The notes: generated by a model not told the origin, from the sequence alone. A stretch of DNA of 35,367 nucleotides from Burkholderiaceae bacterium (GCA_039925165.1 JBDSZM010000035.1:1-35367), one strand, 5' to 3'. Positions 1-10,890 are shown, counted from the stretch's first letter. Made by a program: numbers and translations.

Positions 1-278
1 AGCGCCTACGACAGCGTCGTGCGGCTGCATGACCGCAAGGCCGCAGGCTGCCTGGCCCACGCGAGGCGCAAGTTCGACGAGCTGATCAAGGACAGCCGAA
101 GCCCCGTGGCAACGCAGGCCGTGCAGCAGTAGACGTCGCCACGCGCACCGTTTTGTTGCTGCCCACGGCGTTGGCGCGCCACGTGGCCGCGGCGGTGGTG
201 TTCACTGTGGCACACGCGCGGGGGCCTCGGGCGCAGCTTGAAGTCATCCTGTGCCTGTGCCGCGATCAGCCCGCTTAG
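1..278 (+). pseudogene. IS66-family transposase (TnpC-like) remnant, internally deleted or frameshifted
   Basis: Frame 1 (1-132) reads SAYDSVVRLHDRKAAGCLAHARRKFDELIKDSRSPVATQAVQQ then TAG. C(W/L)AHARRKF is the hallmark IS66 TnpC motif. Frame 3 (135-278) reads ..RTVLLLPTALARHVAAAVVFTVAHARGPRAQLEVILCLCRDQPA*, which loosely resembles the TnpC C-terminus (GRKNWLF..RAAA..YL..VL.RI.DHP). The piece is open at the window edge, and roughly 100 aa expected between the two pieces are missing. Confidence 0.6.
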
Positions 279-306
279 ACGCGGATTTTCATAAACACCG
301 CTTAAG
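271..306. mobile_element. candidate right terminal repeat of the IS66-like remnant
   Basis: CCGCTTA occurs twice (271-277 and 298-304) immediately after the decayed tnpC stop. From memory, IS66-family ends read GTAAGCG... / ...CGCTTAC; here the sequence is ..CACCGCTTAAG. The evidence is one-sided and weak. Confidence 0.25.
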
Positions 307-438
307 TATCGAGCGCATTATTGTTGATAGAACCGCAGCGATCGTCATGCAATGATGACTCATCAGCGAGGGAGCGACTCGGCTCGCGACAGGGGGATCC
401 AAGCCAGTGAGCCGTCCCTCCATCAGGACCCAGGAACG
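307..438 (+). promoter_or_regulatory. probable promoter/leader of the carboxylase operon
   Basis: Locally AT-rich stretch (gcattattgttgatagaacc) between the IS scar and the first gene of a tightly packed 7-gene + strand operon. No convincing -35/-10 pair could be assigned by eye. Confidence 0.3.
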
Positions 439-2055
<1,617 letters not shown>

Positions 2056-2111
2056 CGGCCGTCGCCACCGAAGGCGCCATTCGACATTCAGTTCACCGCA
2101 AGGAGACTCCC

Positions 2112-3095
2112 ATGACTTTCGACAGACGACAGACCCTCGGCATGCTTACCGCGCTCACGGCAGGCTGGGCCGTTCCCGCCCTGGCTCAGACAGAAGCCTG
2201 GCCCACCAAGACGGTGCGCTTCATCGTCGGCGCGGCCGCCGGCGGCTCGGCCTCCGACGTCGTCACGCGTTACTACGCCGAGCAGATTGCACAGCGCTCG
2301 GGACAGACCGTCCTGGTCGAGAACCGCCCGGGTGCCGACGGCAACCTCGCGGCTGCCTTCGTCGCCACTTCGGCGCCCGATGCGCACACGTTCCTGGTCA
2401 CGGGCAACAACACCCACGCGGCCAACGTGCACCTGTACAAGTCCATGTCCTTCGATCCGGACAAGGACTTTGCGCCCGTGACCACCTATGCCCGCGTGCC
2501 CTATGTGCTCTTGATCAATCCAAACCGGGTGGCCGCGCGCAACTTCAAGGACTTCATTGCGCTGGCCAAGGCCAACCCCGGCAAGCTCACCTACGCCAGC
2601 GCCGCCGTAGCCAGCCGTGTTGGCGTTGAACAGCTCAAGCTGATGGCGGGCTTTGATGCGCTGAACGTGGTCTACAAATCGGGTGCGCAGGCCATGACCG
2701 ACTTGTTGGGCGGCCACGTGGACTTCTACATCTCGGATGCCGCCAACGGCCTGAAGCAGGTCCGCAACGGCCGCCTCGTCGCCTTGGCGGTCACCGTGGC
2801 GCAGCGCCTGCACGTCGCACCCGATCTGCCCACCATTGCCGAGTCGGGTTTCCCGGACTTCGACTTCGCGTCCTGGCTGGCCATATGGGCACCCGCGGGC
2901 TCACCGCCCGCCCTGGTGAAAGCGGCGAGCAAGACGATCAACGAAGTCATGGGATCCGCTGCCGGCTTGCAGCACCTGGACAAGCTCGGTGTGCTGCCCT
3001 TTCCAGGCTCACCCGAGTCGCTGCTGGCGCTGCAGCGCCGCGAGACCGAGCGTTGGGGCCAGGCGATTCGCGCGGCCAAGTTGCAGCCGAACTGA
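2112..3095 (+). CDS. Bug-family (TctC-like) periplasmic solute-binding protein of a tripartite tricarboxylate transporter
   Basis: 327 aa. Signal peptide MTFDRRQTLGMLTALTAGWAVPALAQ, then WPTKTVRFIVG..AGG, ENRPGADGNLAA and YKSGAQAMTDLLGGHVDFYISD, the canonical Bug fold signature. AAGGAGA RBS upstream. Confidence 0.92.
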   Translation: MTFDRRQTLGMLTALTAGWAVPALAQTEAWPTKTVRFIVGAAAGGSASDVVTRYYAEQIAQRSGQTVLVENRPGADGNLAAAFVATSAPDAHTFLVTGNNTHAANVHLYKSMSFDPDKDFAPVTTYARVPYVLLINPNRVAARNFKDFIALAKANPGKLTYASAAVASRVGVEQLKLMAGFDALNVVYKSGAQAMTDLLGGHVDFYISDAANGLKQVRNGRLVALAVTVAQRLHVAPDLPTIAESGFPDFDFASWLAIWAPAGSPPALVKAASKTINEVMGSAAGLQHLDKLGVLPFPGSPESLLALQRRETERWGQAIRAAKLQPN

Positions 3096-3103
3096 ATACG
3101 ACC

Positions 3104-3907
3104 ATGTCCGAATCGCCTTACCAGACGCTGAAGTTCGAGGTGACTGGACGCGTCGGCGTCCTCACCCTGAACATGCCCGAACGACGCAATAGCCTGAACG
3201 AGGATCTCAAGGTCGAGTTGCGCCACCTGCTCGCCCGGCTGGCGCACGACCGCGAGCTCGCCGCCCTGGTTCTCACTGGCGAGGGCCGCGTTTTCTGCAG
3301 CGGCGGCGATTTGCGCGAACTCGCCGCCATGGAGCGCACCCCCGAGATAGACCGTCGTCGTCTGTACCAGTCGCACGACTTCGTGCAGCCGCTGATGAAC
3401 CTGGAAATGCCGGTCATCGCTGCGGTCAATGGTCCGGCGGTGGGCGCCGGCTTTGGCATGGCGCTGGCGGCCGACTTCATCCTGTGCGCCGAGGATGCGT
3501 GGTTCCGGGCGTCCTTCAGCCGCGTCGGCCTGGTGCCGGACACCGGGCTGATGTTTTCCCTGCCGCGCGCCGTGGGCTTGCAGGTCGCCAAGGAGCTGAT
3601 CTTCACCGGGCGCAAGGTCGACGCAGCCGAAGCCCTGGCTCTGCGGATGGCAATGGCGGTACACCCGGGACCGCGGCTGCTCGACGAGGCATTGGCCTTC
3701 GCCCGGCGCTTCGAGGCTGCACCGACTGGCGCGATCGGGACCAGCAAGCGCATCCTCAACCAGTCTTTCCACCTCGACGCGCGTGCGTTGGTCGAGATGG
3801 AAGCCTCGGCCCAGGCCATCTTCTTCCACTCCGCCGCCCACCAGCAGGCGCTGGACGACTTTGCCGATGGGCGACCTTTCCGATTCGACTGGGAGCGGCC
3901 GGCCTGA
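3104..3907 (+). CDS. enoyl-CoA hydratase/isomerase (crotonase) family protein
   Basis: 267 aa from an internal ATG of ORF 2885..3907 (MSESPYQTLKFEVTGRVGVLTLNMPERRNSL). Oxyanion-hole segments VFCSGGDL and AAVNGPAVGAGFGMALAADF. Begins 8 nt after the Bug stop. Confidence 0.9.
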   Translation: MSESPYQTLKFEVTGRVGVLTLNMPERRNSLNEDLKVELRHLLARLAHDRELAALVLTGEGRVFCSGGDLRELAAMERTPEIDRRRLYQSHDFVQPLMNLEMPVIAAVNGPAVGAGFGMALAADFILCAEDAWFRASFSRVGLVPDTGLMFSLPRAVGLQVAKELIFTGRKVDAAEALALRMAMAVHPGPRLLDEALAFARRFEAAPTGAIGTSKRILNQSFHLDARALVEMEASAQAIFFHSAAHQQALDDFADGRPFRFDWERPA

Positions 3908-3960
3908 GCTGGCTTGCCCGATCCGCGCGTCCCCGCGCCTTCATACACCTCAAGGCCGCC

Positions 3961-5124
3961 ATGTTCACCTCCGATCACATCGCACTGCAAGACAGTGTTG
4001 CCAAGTTCATAGCCCGCGAGATCACCCCGCATGTCGATGAGTGGGAAGCTGCCGAGATCTTCCCCGCCCACGCGCTGTTCAAGAAGCTCGGCAACGCCGG
4101 CTATCTGGGCGTCAACAAGCCGGTCGAGTTCGGCGGCATGGGCCTGGACTATTCGTACGAGATCGCATTCTGCGAAGCCATCGGCGCCGTCGGGGCTGGG
4201 GGCGTCGGCATGGCGATAGCCGTGCAGACCGACATGGCCACGCCCGCACTCGCGCGTTTCGGCTCGGACGAACTGCGCGAGCAGTTCCTCAAGCCCACCG
4301 TCGCCGGCGACTTCGTGGTCTGCCTGGGCGTGTCCGAGAGCGGTGCCGGGTCCGACGTCGCGTCGCTCAAGACAACGGCACGCAAAGACGGTGACGACTA
4401 CGTAATCAACGGCTCGAAGATGTGGATCACGAATGGCACCCAGGCCGACTGGATGTGCCTGCTGGCCAATACCGGTGGCGACAACGCGCACCGCAACAAG
4501 TCGCTGATCTGTCTGCCGCTGCGCGAAAACGGCAAGCTCCGCCCGGGCATCACGATGAACAAGATCAAGAAGGTGGGCATGTGGTCTTCTGACACTGCCC
4601 AGGTCTTCTTTGACGACGTGCGTGTGCCGCAGCGATTCCGCATCGGCGAAGAGGGCCAGGGCTTCACCTACCAGATGAAGCAGTTCCAGGAAGAGCGGCT
4701 CAGCGGTGCCACCCGGCGCGTGACCGCGCTGCTCAAGGTCATCGACGAAACCATCGACTACACACGGCAGCGCATCGCCTTCGGCCGGCCGATCCTGGAC
4801 AACCAGGTGGTGCACTTCCGGATGGCCGAGCTGAAGACCGAAGTCGAGTTGCTGCGTTCGCTGATCTACCGCGCCGCCCAGATCCATATGAACGACGGTG
4901 ACATGACCGAACTCGCCTCGATGGCCAAGCTCAAGGCCGGCCGCCTGTGCCGCGAAGTGACTGACTCCTGCCTGCAGTACTGGGGCGGCATGGGCTTTAC
5001 CTGGGACAACTCGGTCTCGCGCGCCTGGCGCGATCTGCGGTTGATCTCGATCGGCGGTGGTGCCGACGAGATCATGCTGACCATCATCTGCAAGCACATG
5101 GGCATCCTCCCCAAGCGCGGCTGA
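3961..5124 (+). CDS. acyl-CoA dehydrogenase (isovaleryl-/citronellyl-CoA dehydrogenase-like)
   Basis: 387 aa from an internal ATG of ORF 3484..5124 (MFTSDHIALQDSVAKFIAREITPHVDEWE). Motifs: GVSESGAGSDVASLKT, YVINGSKMWITNG, QFQ..R, IGGGADEIM. Confidence 0.9.
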   Translation: MFTSDHIALQDSVAKFIAREITPHVDEWEAAEIFPAHALFKKLGNAGYLGVNKPVEFGGMGLDYSYEIAFCEAIGAVGAGGVGMAIAVQTDMATPALARFGSDELREQFLKPTVAGDFVVCLGVSESGAGSDVASLKTTARKDGDDYVINGSKMWITNGTQADWMCLLANTGGDNAHRNKSLICLPLRENGKLRPGITMNKIKKVGMWSSDTAQVFFDDVRVPQRFRIGEEGQGFTYQMKQFQEERLSGATRRVTALLKVIDETIDYTRQRIAFGRPILDNQVVHFRMAELKTEVELLRSLIYRAAQIHMNDGDMTELASMAKLKAGRLCREVTDSCLQYWGGMGFTWDNSVSRAWRDLRLISIGGGADEIMLTIICKHMGILPKRG

Positions 5125-5126
5125 CC

Positions 5127-7103
5127 ATGCGATTCGACACCTTGCTCATCGCCAATCGCGGTGAGATCGCCCTGCGCGTCATGCGAACGGCCCGCCGCCT
5201 GGGGCTGCGCACCGTGGCGGTCTACTCCGACGCCGACGTCGACGGCCTGCATGTGCGCGAGGCCGACATGGCCGTACGTCTGGGCCCGGCCGAGTCGAGC
5301 GCCAGCTACCGCAACATCGACGCGATCCTGCAGGCCTGCCGCCGCACAGGCGCCCAAGCCGTGCACCCGGGTTATGGCTTTCTGTCTGAAAACGCCGGCT
5401 TTGCCCAGGCCGTCGCCGACGCCGGGTTGGTGTTCGTCGGCCCGACGGCGAAAGTCATCCAGCTGATGGGCAACAAGGCGCAGGCCAAGCTCGCGATGCA
5501 GGAAGCCGGTGTCCCCACCGTGCCCGGCGCCCAGGGTTGCAGCAGCGACGCCGATGTGCTCGAGGCCGCAACGCGTGTGGGCTACCCGCTGATCCTGAAA
5601 GCCGCGGCCGGTGGCGGTGGCCGAGGTATGCGGGTGGTGCGCAGCGAGGACCGGTTGCTGGACCAGTTTCACGTCGCGCGGTCCGAGGCGAAGGGCGCGT
5701 TCGGATCCGACGAAATCATCATAGAACGCGCGATCGAACAGGCCCGGCACATCGAAATCCAGGTGCTGTGCGACGAACACGGCAACGCCTTGCATTTGGG
5801 GGAACGCGACTGCTCCACGCAACGCCGTTTCCAGAAGGTAATTGAGGAAGCGCCGTCACCGGCGGTGGACGAACCGCTGCGCCAGGCCATGGGCGAGGTC
5901 GCACGCCGCGCGTGCGCCGCCATCGGCTACACCGGCGTAGGCACGCTGGAGTTCCTGCTCGCGTCCGACCGGTCGTTCTATTTCATGGAGATGAACACCC
6001 GGCTGCAGGTGGAGCATGGTGTGACCGAGCTCGTCACGGGACTGGACCTGGTGGAGCAACAACTGCGCGTCGCGCAAGGCGAGCGTCTGGGGTTCGAGCA
6101 GGCCGACGTGCGCCTGACCGGCCACGCCATCGAACTGCGCGTCTGCGCCGAAGATCCGGCCGCCGGCTACCTGCCCCAGGTCGGGCGTGTCGAGCGCTGG
6201 CAGGCGGCTGACGGGGTGCGCACCGACACCGCGCTGGAGAGTGGCAGCGAAATCAGCGTCCACTACGACTCGATGATTGCCAAGATACTGGCCAGCGCGC
6301 CTAGCCGCGACGCATGTATCCAGAAGCTGGCCGCCGCCTGTGACCGCACGGTGCTGCTAGGCATCCGGTCCAACCTCGGCTTTCTTCGCCAATGCCTGCG
6401 CCACCCGGCGTTTCGCACCGGCTCGGTAACCACCGACTTCCTGTCGCAACAGGATCTGCACGGCGCCCACTGGCGGGCCGAACCGTCGACGCACGCGCTG
6501 GCCGCGGCCGCGCTGGTGCTCGGCGGCCTGGCCCGGCGTCACGCCGACGCGCTGGCACCACCGACGGCACTGTGGTTGCTGCAGGGCGCCGCCAACGCAC
6601 CAGGCAGCGGCTCATCGGCAGCCGTTCAGGTGCTGCTGCATCCGCAGGCCGACGGCAGCCTGTCGTTCACTGCCGGCACGGAGGTTGGCGACGTTGGCAC
6701 GGCGCAGCGGGTCGACAACCTGCGCTGCGAGACGCAGGAGATCGGCCTTGCGCTCGATGGCCTGTTCCGCCGCCTCGCCTGGGCCCAGCCCGATGCCGAA
6801 AGCGTGTGGATCCAGGATGACGCCAACGCCTGGCAATACCAGCGCGTTCAGCGGTTCGCCCGAGCGGGTGAAGGCAGTGGCGAGGATCTACAAGTGCGTG
6901 CGCCGATGAGCGGCCGCGTGATCGCCGTGCCGGTGGCCGAAGGCGACTTGGTGAAGGCCGGAACGCCGCTGCTCGTCATGGAGTCGATGAAGATGGAAAT
7001 GCCGCTGTGCGCTACGGGCCCTGGGCGTGTCGCGCGCCTGCTGGTGGAAATCGGATCGCAGTTGAGCGCCGGCCAGCTGCTGGTGGAACTGGAAGCCGAA
7101 TGA
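5127..7103 (+). CDS. acyl-CoA carboxylase alpha subunit (biotin carboxylase plus biotin carboxyl carrier domain; MccA/LiuD/AtuF-like)
   Basis: 658 aa. LIANRGEIALRV, HPGYGFLSEN, ATP-grasp loop AAAGGGGRGMRVV, EMNTRLQVEH, and a C-terminal biotinylation motif LLVMESMKMEMPL. Starts 2 nt after the ACAD stop. Confidence 0.95.
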   Translation: MRFDTLLIANRGEIALRVMRTARRLGLRTVAVYSDADVDGLHVREADMAVRLGPAESSASYRNIDAILQACRRTGAQAVHPGYGFLSENAGFAQAVADAGLVFVGPTAKVIQLMGNKAQAKLAMQEAGVPTVPGAQGCSSDADVLEAATRVGYPLILKAAAGGGGRGMRVVRSEDRLLDQFHVARSEAKGAFGSDEIIIERAIEQARHIEIQVLCDEHGNALHLGERDCSTQRRFQKVIEEAPSPAVDEPLRQAMGEVARRACAAIGYTGVGTLEFLLASDRSFYFMEMNTRLQVEHGVTELVTGLDLVEQQLRVAQGERLGFEQADVRLTGHAIELRVCAEDPAAGYLPQVGRVERWQAADGVRTDTALESGSEISVHYDSMIAKILASAPSRDACIQKLAAACDRTVLLGIRSNLGFLRQCLRHPAFRTGSVTTDFLSQQDLHGAHWRAEPSTHALAAAALVLGGLARRHADALAPPTALWLLQGAANAPGSGSSAAVQVLLHPQADGSLSFTAGTEVGDVGTAQRVDNLRCETQEIGLALDGLFRRLAWAQPDAESVWIQDDANAWQYQRVQRFARAGEGSGEDLQVRAPMSGRVIAVPVAEGDLVKAGTPLLVMESMKMEMPLCATGPGRVARLLVEIGSQLSAGQLLVELEAE

Positions 7104-8947
7104 ACACGCCCAACGCATCCTCAGACTCGGCGCGCACAGTCGTCATCGGCAGTGGATCGGGCTTCTGGGGCGATTCGGCCCTGGCCGTGCCACAACTGCT
7201 GACCGCGCCACGGCTCGACTACATCGTTTTCGACTACCTCGCTGAGACCACCATGTCGGTGCTGCAGCGGGCGCGTCTGAAAAACCCGGAACTCGGTTAT
7301 GCCACCGATTTCGTCACCACAGCAGTCAAGCCGAACCTGAAGGCCTTGATGGCGCGCGGCGTACGCCTGGTTTCCAATGCCGGCGGCCTCAATCCGGCCC
7401 GTTGCCGCGATGCACTGCTGGCATTGGCTCGTGAGCAGGGCCTGGAGCCGCGCATCGCGATCGTCGCCGGCGACGACGTGCTGGATCGGGCCGACCGGCT
7501 GCAAACGGCACAAGGCGATCACGCCAAGCTACCGGCCGCACCGCTGATGTCCGCCAACGCCTACCTCGGCGCGCTACCCATTGCCGAGGCGCTGCGCCAA
7601 GGCGCCGACATCGTAGTCACGGGCCGCTGCGTCGACAGTGCCTCGCTGCTCGGGATCGCGGCCTACGAATTCGGCTGGTCCTTCGACGACTACGACCAGC
7701 TCGCACAGGCCAGCCTGGCCGGCCACCTGGTGGAGTGCGGCGCGCAGGCCACGGGAGGCTTGTTCACCGATTGGGAAACCGTCCCCGACTGGGCCAACAT
7801 CGGCTACCCGATTGTGGAAATGCGCGCGGACGGCAGCTTTGAACTGGGCAAGCCACCGGGCACCGGTGGCCGGGTCGACCGGGCCACCGTGGCCGAGCAA
7901 CTGCTTTACGAGATCGGAGATCCCGCGGACTACGCACTGCCTGACGTGGTGTGCGACTTCACCCAGGTGCGCATCCGCGAGATCGGGCCAGACCGGGTGC
8001 ACGTCGATGGGGCGCGCGGCCATGCACCCAGCGGGCAATACAAGGTTACGGTGACCTACCCGAGCGGTTTCCAGATTGCCATCATGATGGCAATCCGGGG
8101 CCAACGCGCCAAAGCCAAGGCCCAGCGCACTGCGCAGGAACTGCTGGCGCGCACGCGTGCGCAAATGGCCGCCGCTGGCCTGGGCGACTACAGTTCCACG
8201 CTGGTGGAACTGCTGGGCGCCGAGTCGATGTACGGCGCGCATGGCCGGGTCGCTGAGAGCCGTGAAATCGTGCTGCGCATCGCCGCGCAGCACGACGACC
8301 GACGCGCGCTGGCCTTTCTGCAGAAGGAATCAGCGTCTGCCGGCACCTCGATGGGGCCTGGCACGCGCAGCCATTTCGGCGGGCGCGCAGACATCCAGGG
8401 TGTCATCGGTACGGCCTCGTACTTCATCGCCAAGGATCAGGTCCCCGTCCATTTGCAGACTGCGCCCGACGCAGACCCGATCACCCTGCGCGCCGAGCCG
8501 TCACGCAGGCCGGCTGGCGCAGCACCCTTTGCCGCACCGGCTGTCGCGTCACCGTCAGGCGGGAGTCAGGCCGAGGGCGCCGACACCGTTCCGGTGGCGC
8601 TGTCGGTGCTCGCGCACGGACGCAGCGGCGACAAGGGCAACGACGCCAACATCGGCATCATCGCCCGACGTCCGCAATGGGTTGCCGTTCTCGAACAGCA
8701 GTTGACTGCGGCACGCGTGCAGGACTACTTCGCGCACCTGGTCGAAGGGCCGGTCACCCGGTTCGCGGTGCCGGGCATCGACGGTTTCAATTTTTTCCTG
8801 GAACAGGCGTTGGGTGGGGGCGGCTCGTGCAGCCTGCGCTCCGACCCGTTGGGCAAGTGCTACGCACAGATGCTGCTCGACCTTGAAATCGCCTGTCCAC
8901 GCAGCCTTCTACCGGAGGCGACCGAGCCTGCCGCGCCTGCGCACTGA
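7100..8947 (+). CDS. AtuA-family protein (DUF1446 N-terminal domain with a DUF4387-like C-terminal domain); biochemical function unknown
   Basis: 615 aa from the internal ATG at 7100, which forms an ATGA overlap with the alpha-subunit stop. VVIGSGSGFWGDS..LDYIVFDYLAETTMSVL matches my recollection of DUF1446/AtuA. The C-terminus ..LAHGRSGDKGNDANIGIIAR..FNFFLEQALGGGG resembles the small DUF4387-type module. Confidence 0.75.
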   Translation: MNTPNASSDSARTVVIGSGSGFWGDSALAVPQLLTAPRLDYIVFDYLAETTMSVLQRARLKNPELGYATDFVTTAVKPNLKALMARGVRLVSNAGGLNPARCRDALLALAREQGLEPRIAIVAGDDVLDRADRLQTAQGDHAKLPAAPLMSANAYLGALPIAEALRQGADIVVTGRCVDSASLLGIAAYEFGWSFDDYDQLAQASLAGHLVECGAQATGGLFTDWETVPDWANIGYPIVEMRADGSFELGKPPGTGGRVDRATVAEQLLYEIGDPADYALPDVVCDFTQVRIREIGPDRVHVDGARGHAPSGQYKVTVTYPSGFQIAIMMAIRGQRAKAKAQRTAQELLARTRAQMAAAGLGDYSSTLVELLGAESMYGAHGRVAESREIVLRIAAQHDDRRALAFLQKESASAGTSMGPGTRSHFGGRADIQGVIGTASYFIAKDQVPVHLQTAPDADPITLRAEPSRRPAGAAPFAAPAVASPSGGSQAEGADTVPVALSVLAHGRSGDKGNDANIGIIARRPQWVAVLEQQLTAARVQDYFAHLVEGPVTRFAVPGIDGFNFFLEQALGGGGSCSLRSDPLGKCYAQMLLDLEIACPRSLLPEATEPAAPAH

Positions 8948-8972
8948 CTTCCAATCACCCAAGGAGACAAGC

Positions 8973-9950
8973 ATGCCGATCAGTAGAAGAGAGTGGATGG
9001 GAATGGCCGCCGCGACGGCCGCCTCGGGATGGCCTGCGCTGGGCTTTGCCCAGACGCTGGACAAACCCGTACGCGTGATCGTGGCCTATGGCGCGGGCAG
9101 TGTCAGCGACATCCTGGCGCGCTTTCTGGCCGACCGCATCGCCAAGAACGGCGGACGCAGTGCGGTCGTCGAAAACAAGGCCGGCGCCGACGGCAACATC
9201 GCCGCCGAAGCCGCGGCGCGCGCTTCCGCCGATGCCTACACTCTGCTGGTATCCGGCTCGTCGACGCATGCCGCCAACGCGACCATCTACCGCAAGCTGC
9301 CCTTTGACCCGGAAGCCGACTTCAGTCCGATCTCCACCCTGGCGGTCGCACCCTTCATCCTTCTGGTCAATCCGCAGCGCATCCAGCAACGCTCGCTCAA
9401 GGATTTCCTGAGCTGGGCGCGCGCGGGCGCAGGTCATAACCTCTCGTTCGCCAGCACAAGCGTCGGCAACCGCGTGTCGGGTGAGCGCTTTCGGCAGATC
9501 GCCAACCTAAACGCGGTCAATGTGCCTTATCGCTCCAGCGGCCAGGCCATGACCGACCTGCTGGGCGGCCAGTTCGACTTCTACTTCTGCGATGTCACCA
9601 CCGCGCTGCCGCAGATCCGGGCGGGCAAAGTGGTTCCGCTGGCCGTGTCGGTCCGCGATCGGCTGGCGGCGCTGCCTGATGTGCCCACTCTGGCCGAGTC
9701 GGGATTCACCGATTTCGACATCGCATCCTGGATCGCAATGTGGAGCGCGGTGGCATCCACGCCCCCGGAGGTTTCGGCCCGACTGGCGCAGTGGGTCAGC
9801 GAAGCGCTGGACTCTGCCGAAGGCCGTGAGTTCGTCGCCAGCAAAGGCCTGCTGCCGGCCCCCAGCGGAGTCGATGCGCTACGTCAGCTGCAGCGCCGCG
9901 ACACTGCGGTCTGGGGCAAGATCATCCGCGAAACGGGCATGCAGCAATAG
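8973..9950 (+). CDS. Bug-family (TctC-like) periplasmic solute-binding protein
   Basis: 325 aa from an internal ATG of ORF 8814..9950. AAGGAGA RBS. Signal MPISRREWMGMAAATAASGWPALGFAQ, then ENKAGADGNIAA and YRSSGQAMTDLLGGQFDFYFCD. Confidence 0.92.
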   Translation: MPISRREWMGMAAATAASGWPALGFAQTLDKPVRVIVAYGAGSVSDILARFLADRIAKNGGRSAVVENKAGADGNIAAEAAARASADAYTLLVSGSSTHAANATIYRKLPFDPEADFSPISTLAVAPFILLVNPQRIQQRSLKDFLSWARAGAGHNLSFASTSVGNRVSGERFRQIANLNAVNVPYRSSGQAMTDLLGGQFDFYFCDVTTALPQIRAGKVVPLAVSVRDRLAALPDVPTLAESGFTDFDIASWIAMWSAVASTPPEVSARLAQWVSEALDSAEGREFVASKGLLPAPSGVDALRQLQRRDTAVWGKIIRETGMQQ

Positions 9951-9974
9951 GCTGCAGAGTCGGCACTCAGGGCA

Positions 9975-10823
9975 TCAGCGCCGGGAAATCAGGGCGCTGA
10001 ACTTGCGTGCGCTGTCGCTGCAGTCGTTGACCCGCGAATACAGACGGTAGCTGATCGGCGGCAGCCCGGGCAGGCCGAGGTCCTGGTCCATCACCTTCAG
10101 GTCTGGGGTCAGCATCTCGATCGTGCGCGGCGTGATGCCCAGGCCGGCGCGCAGCGCAGCGCGCACGCCGGTCAGCGTGGAGGCCTGGAACGCGGCCCGC
10201 CACGGCCGCCCTTCCTGGGCGAGCGCCTCGATGGCCATGGCCCGGAACGGGCAGCCCGAGTCCACCAGCACGAGGGGCACCGGGGCGCCCGGTTGGGCGT
10301 GGAACCGGGCGCCTGCCACCCACACCACGGGCGAGGTACGCAGGACGAGATTGTGGAATTCCTCGTGTTGCGCCATGTCCAGCATCAGGTCGACGTCGCC
10401 ACGCCGCAGTGCCGAGGCCAGCCAGCGGCTGCGCCCGACCTGGATGTCGATGCGAAGTCCCGGGTAGGTCTCGGCACATATCGAGAGGTACTCGGGCAGC
10501 AGGGTGTCCACCGCGTCGACACAGGCACCGATCTTGACCGGGACTTCGAAGACCTCTTGCGTCAAGGCCCGATAGGCCTCGTCGTTGAGACGGATGATCC
10601 GGCGCGCATATTCCAGCAGGCGCAAGCCCTGGTCGGTCAGCCGCTTGTTGCGACCGACGCGCACGAACAGCTCGCAGCCGATCGCTGCCTCCAGGCGTTG
10701 CATCTGCTGCGACACGGCGGCCTGGGTCCGAGACACCTTCTCGGCAGCCAGAGCAAAGTTTTCCCGCTCCGCGGCGGCGGCAAAAGTGCGCAGCAGGGCC
10801 ATGTCCAAGTTCCTAATTCCCAT
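9975..10823 (-). CDS. LysR-family transcriptional regulator
   Basis: 282 aa. N-terminal wHTH LRTFAAAAERENFALAAEKVSRTQAAVSQQMQRLE followed by a LysR substrate-binding domain. Divergent from the CoA-transferase operon. Confidence 0.92.
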   Translation of the reverse strand: MGIRNLDMALLRTFAAAAERENFALAAEKVSRTQAAVSQQMQRLEAAIGCELFVRVGRNKRLTDQGLRLLEYARRIIRLNDEAYRALTQEVFEVPVKIGACVDAVDTLLPEYLSICAETYPGLRIDIQVGRSRWLASALRRGDVDLMLDMAQHEEFHNLVLRTSPVVWVAGARFHAQPGAPVPLVLVDSGCPFRAMAIEALAQEGRPWRAAFQASTLTGVRAALRAGLGITPRTIEMLTPDLKVMDQDLGLPGLPPISYRLYSRVNDCSDSARKFSALISRR

Positions 10824-10890
10824 AAGACTTGATTAAGTGTTTCGCCGAATTTCAGGATTATCTAACTGGATTCCTGGCTGGCAAATTCCT
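10824..10890. promoter_or_regulatory. divergent LysR / CoA-transferase-operon control region
   Basis: 67-bp AT-richer spacer between divergent starts. Interrupted palindrome ACTT-gatt-AAGT at 10827-10838, and ATTCC repeated three times. No experimentally defined box was recognised. Confidence 0.4.

Noticed and set aside
352-438. ORF-track start (ATG 352) of the carboxyltransferase
   Set aside because: The 29 extra residues (MMTHQRGSDSARDRGIQ..) have no counterpart in carboxyltransferase N-termini as I know them. Homologues begin at the M.IL.S motif found at 439.
3118-5097. 659-aa minus-strand ORF, one of the longest in the track
   Set aside because: It runs antisense to the well-supported enoyl-CoA hydratase and acyl-CoA dehydrogenase genes. 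Its product is Arg/Ala/Gly/Pro-rich with no recognisable motif. It is a typical shadow ORF of high-GC DNA.
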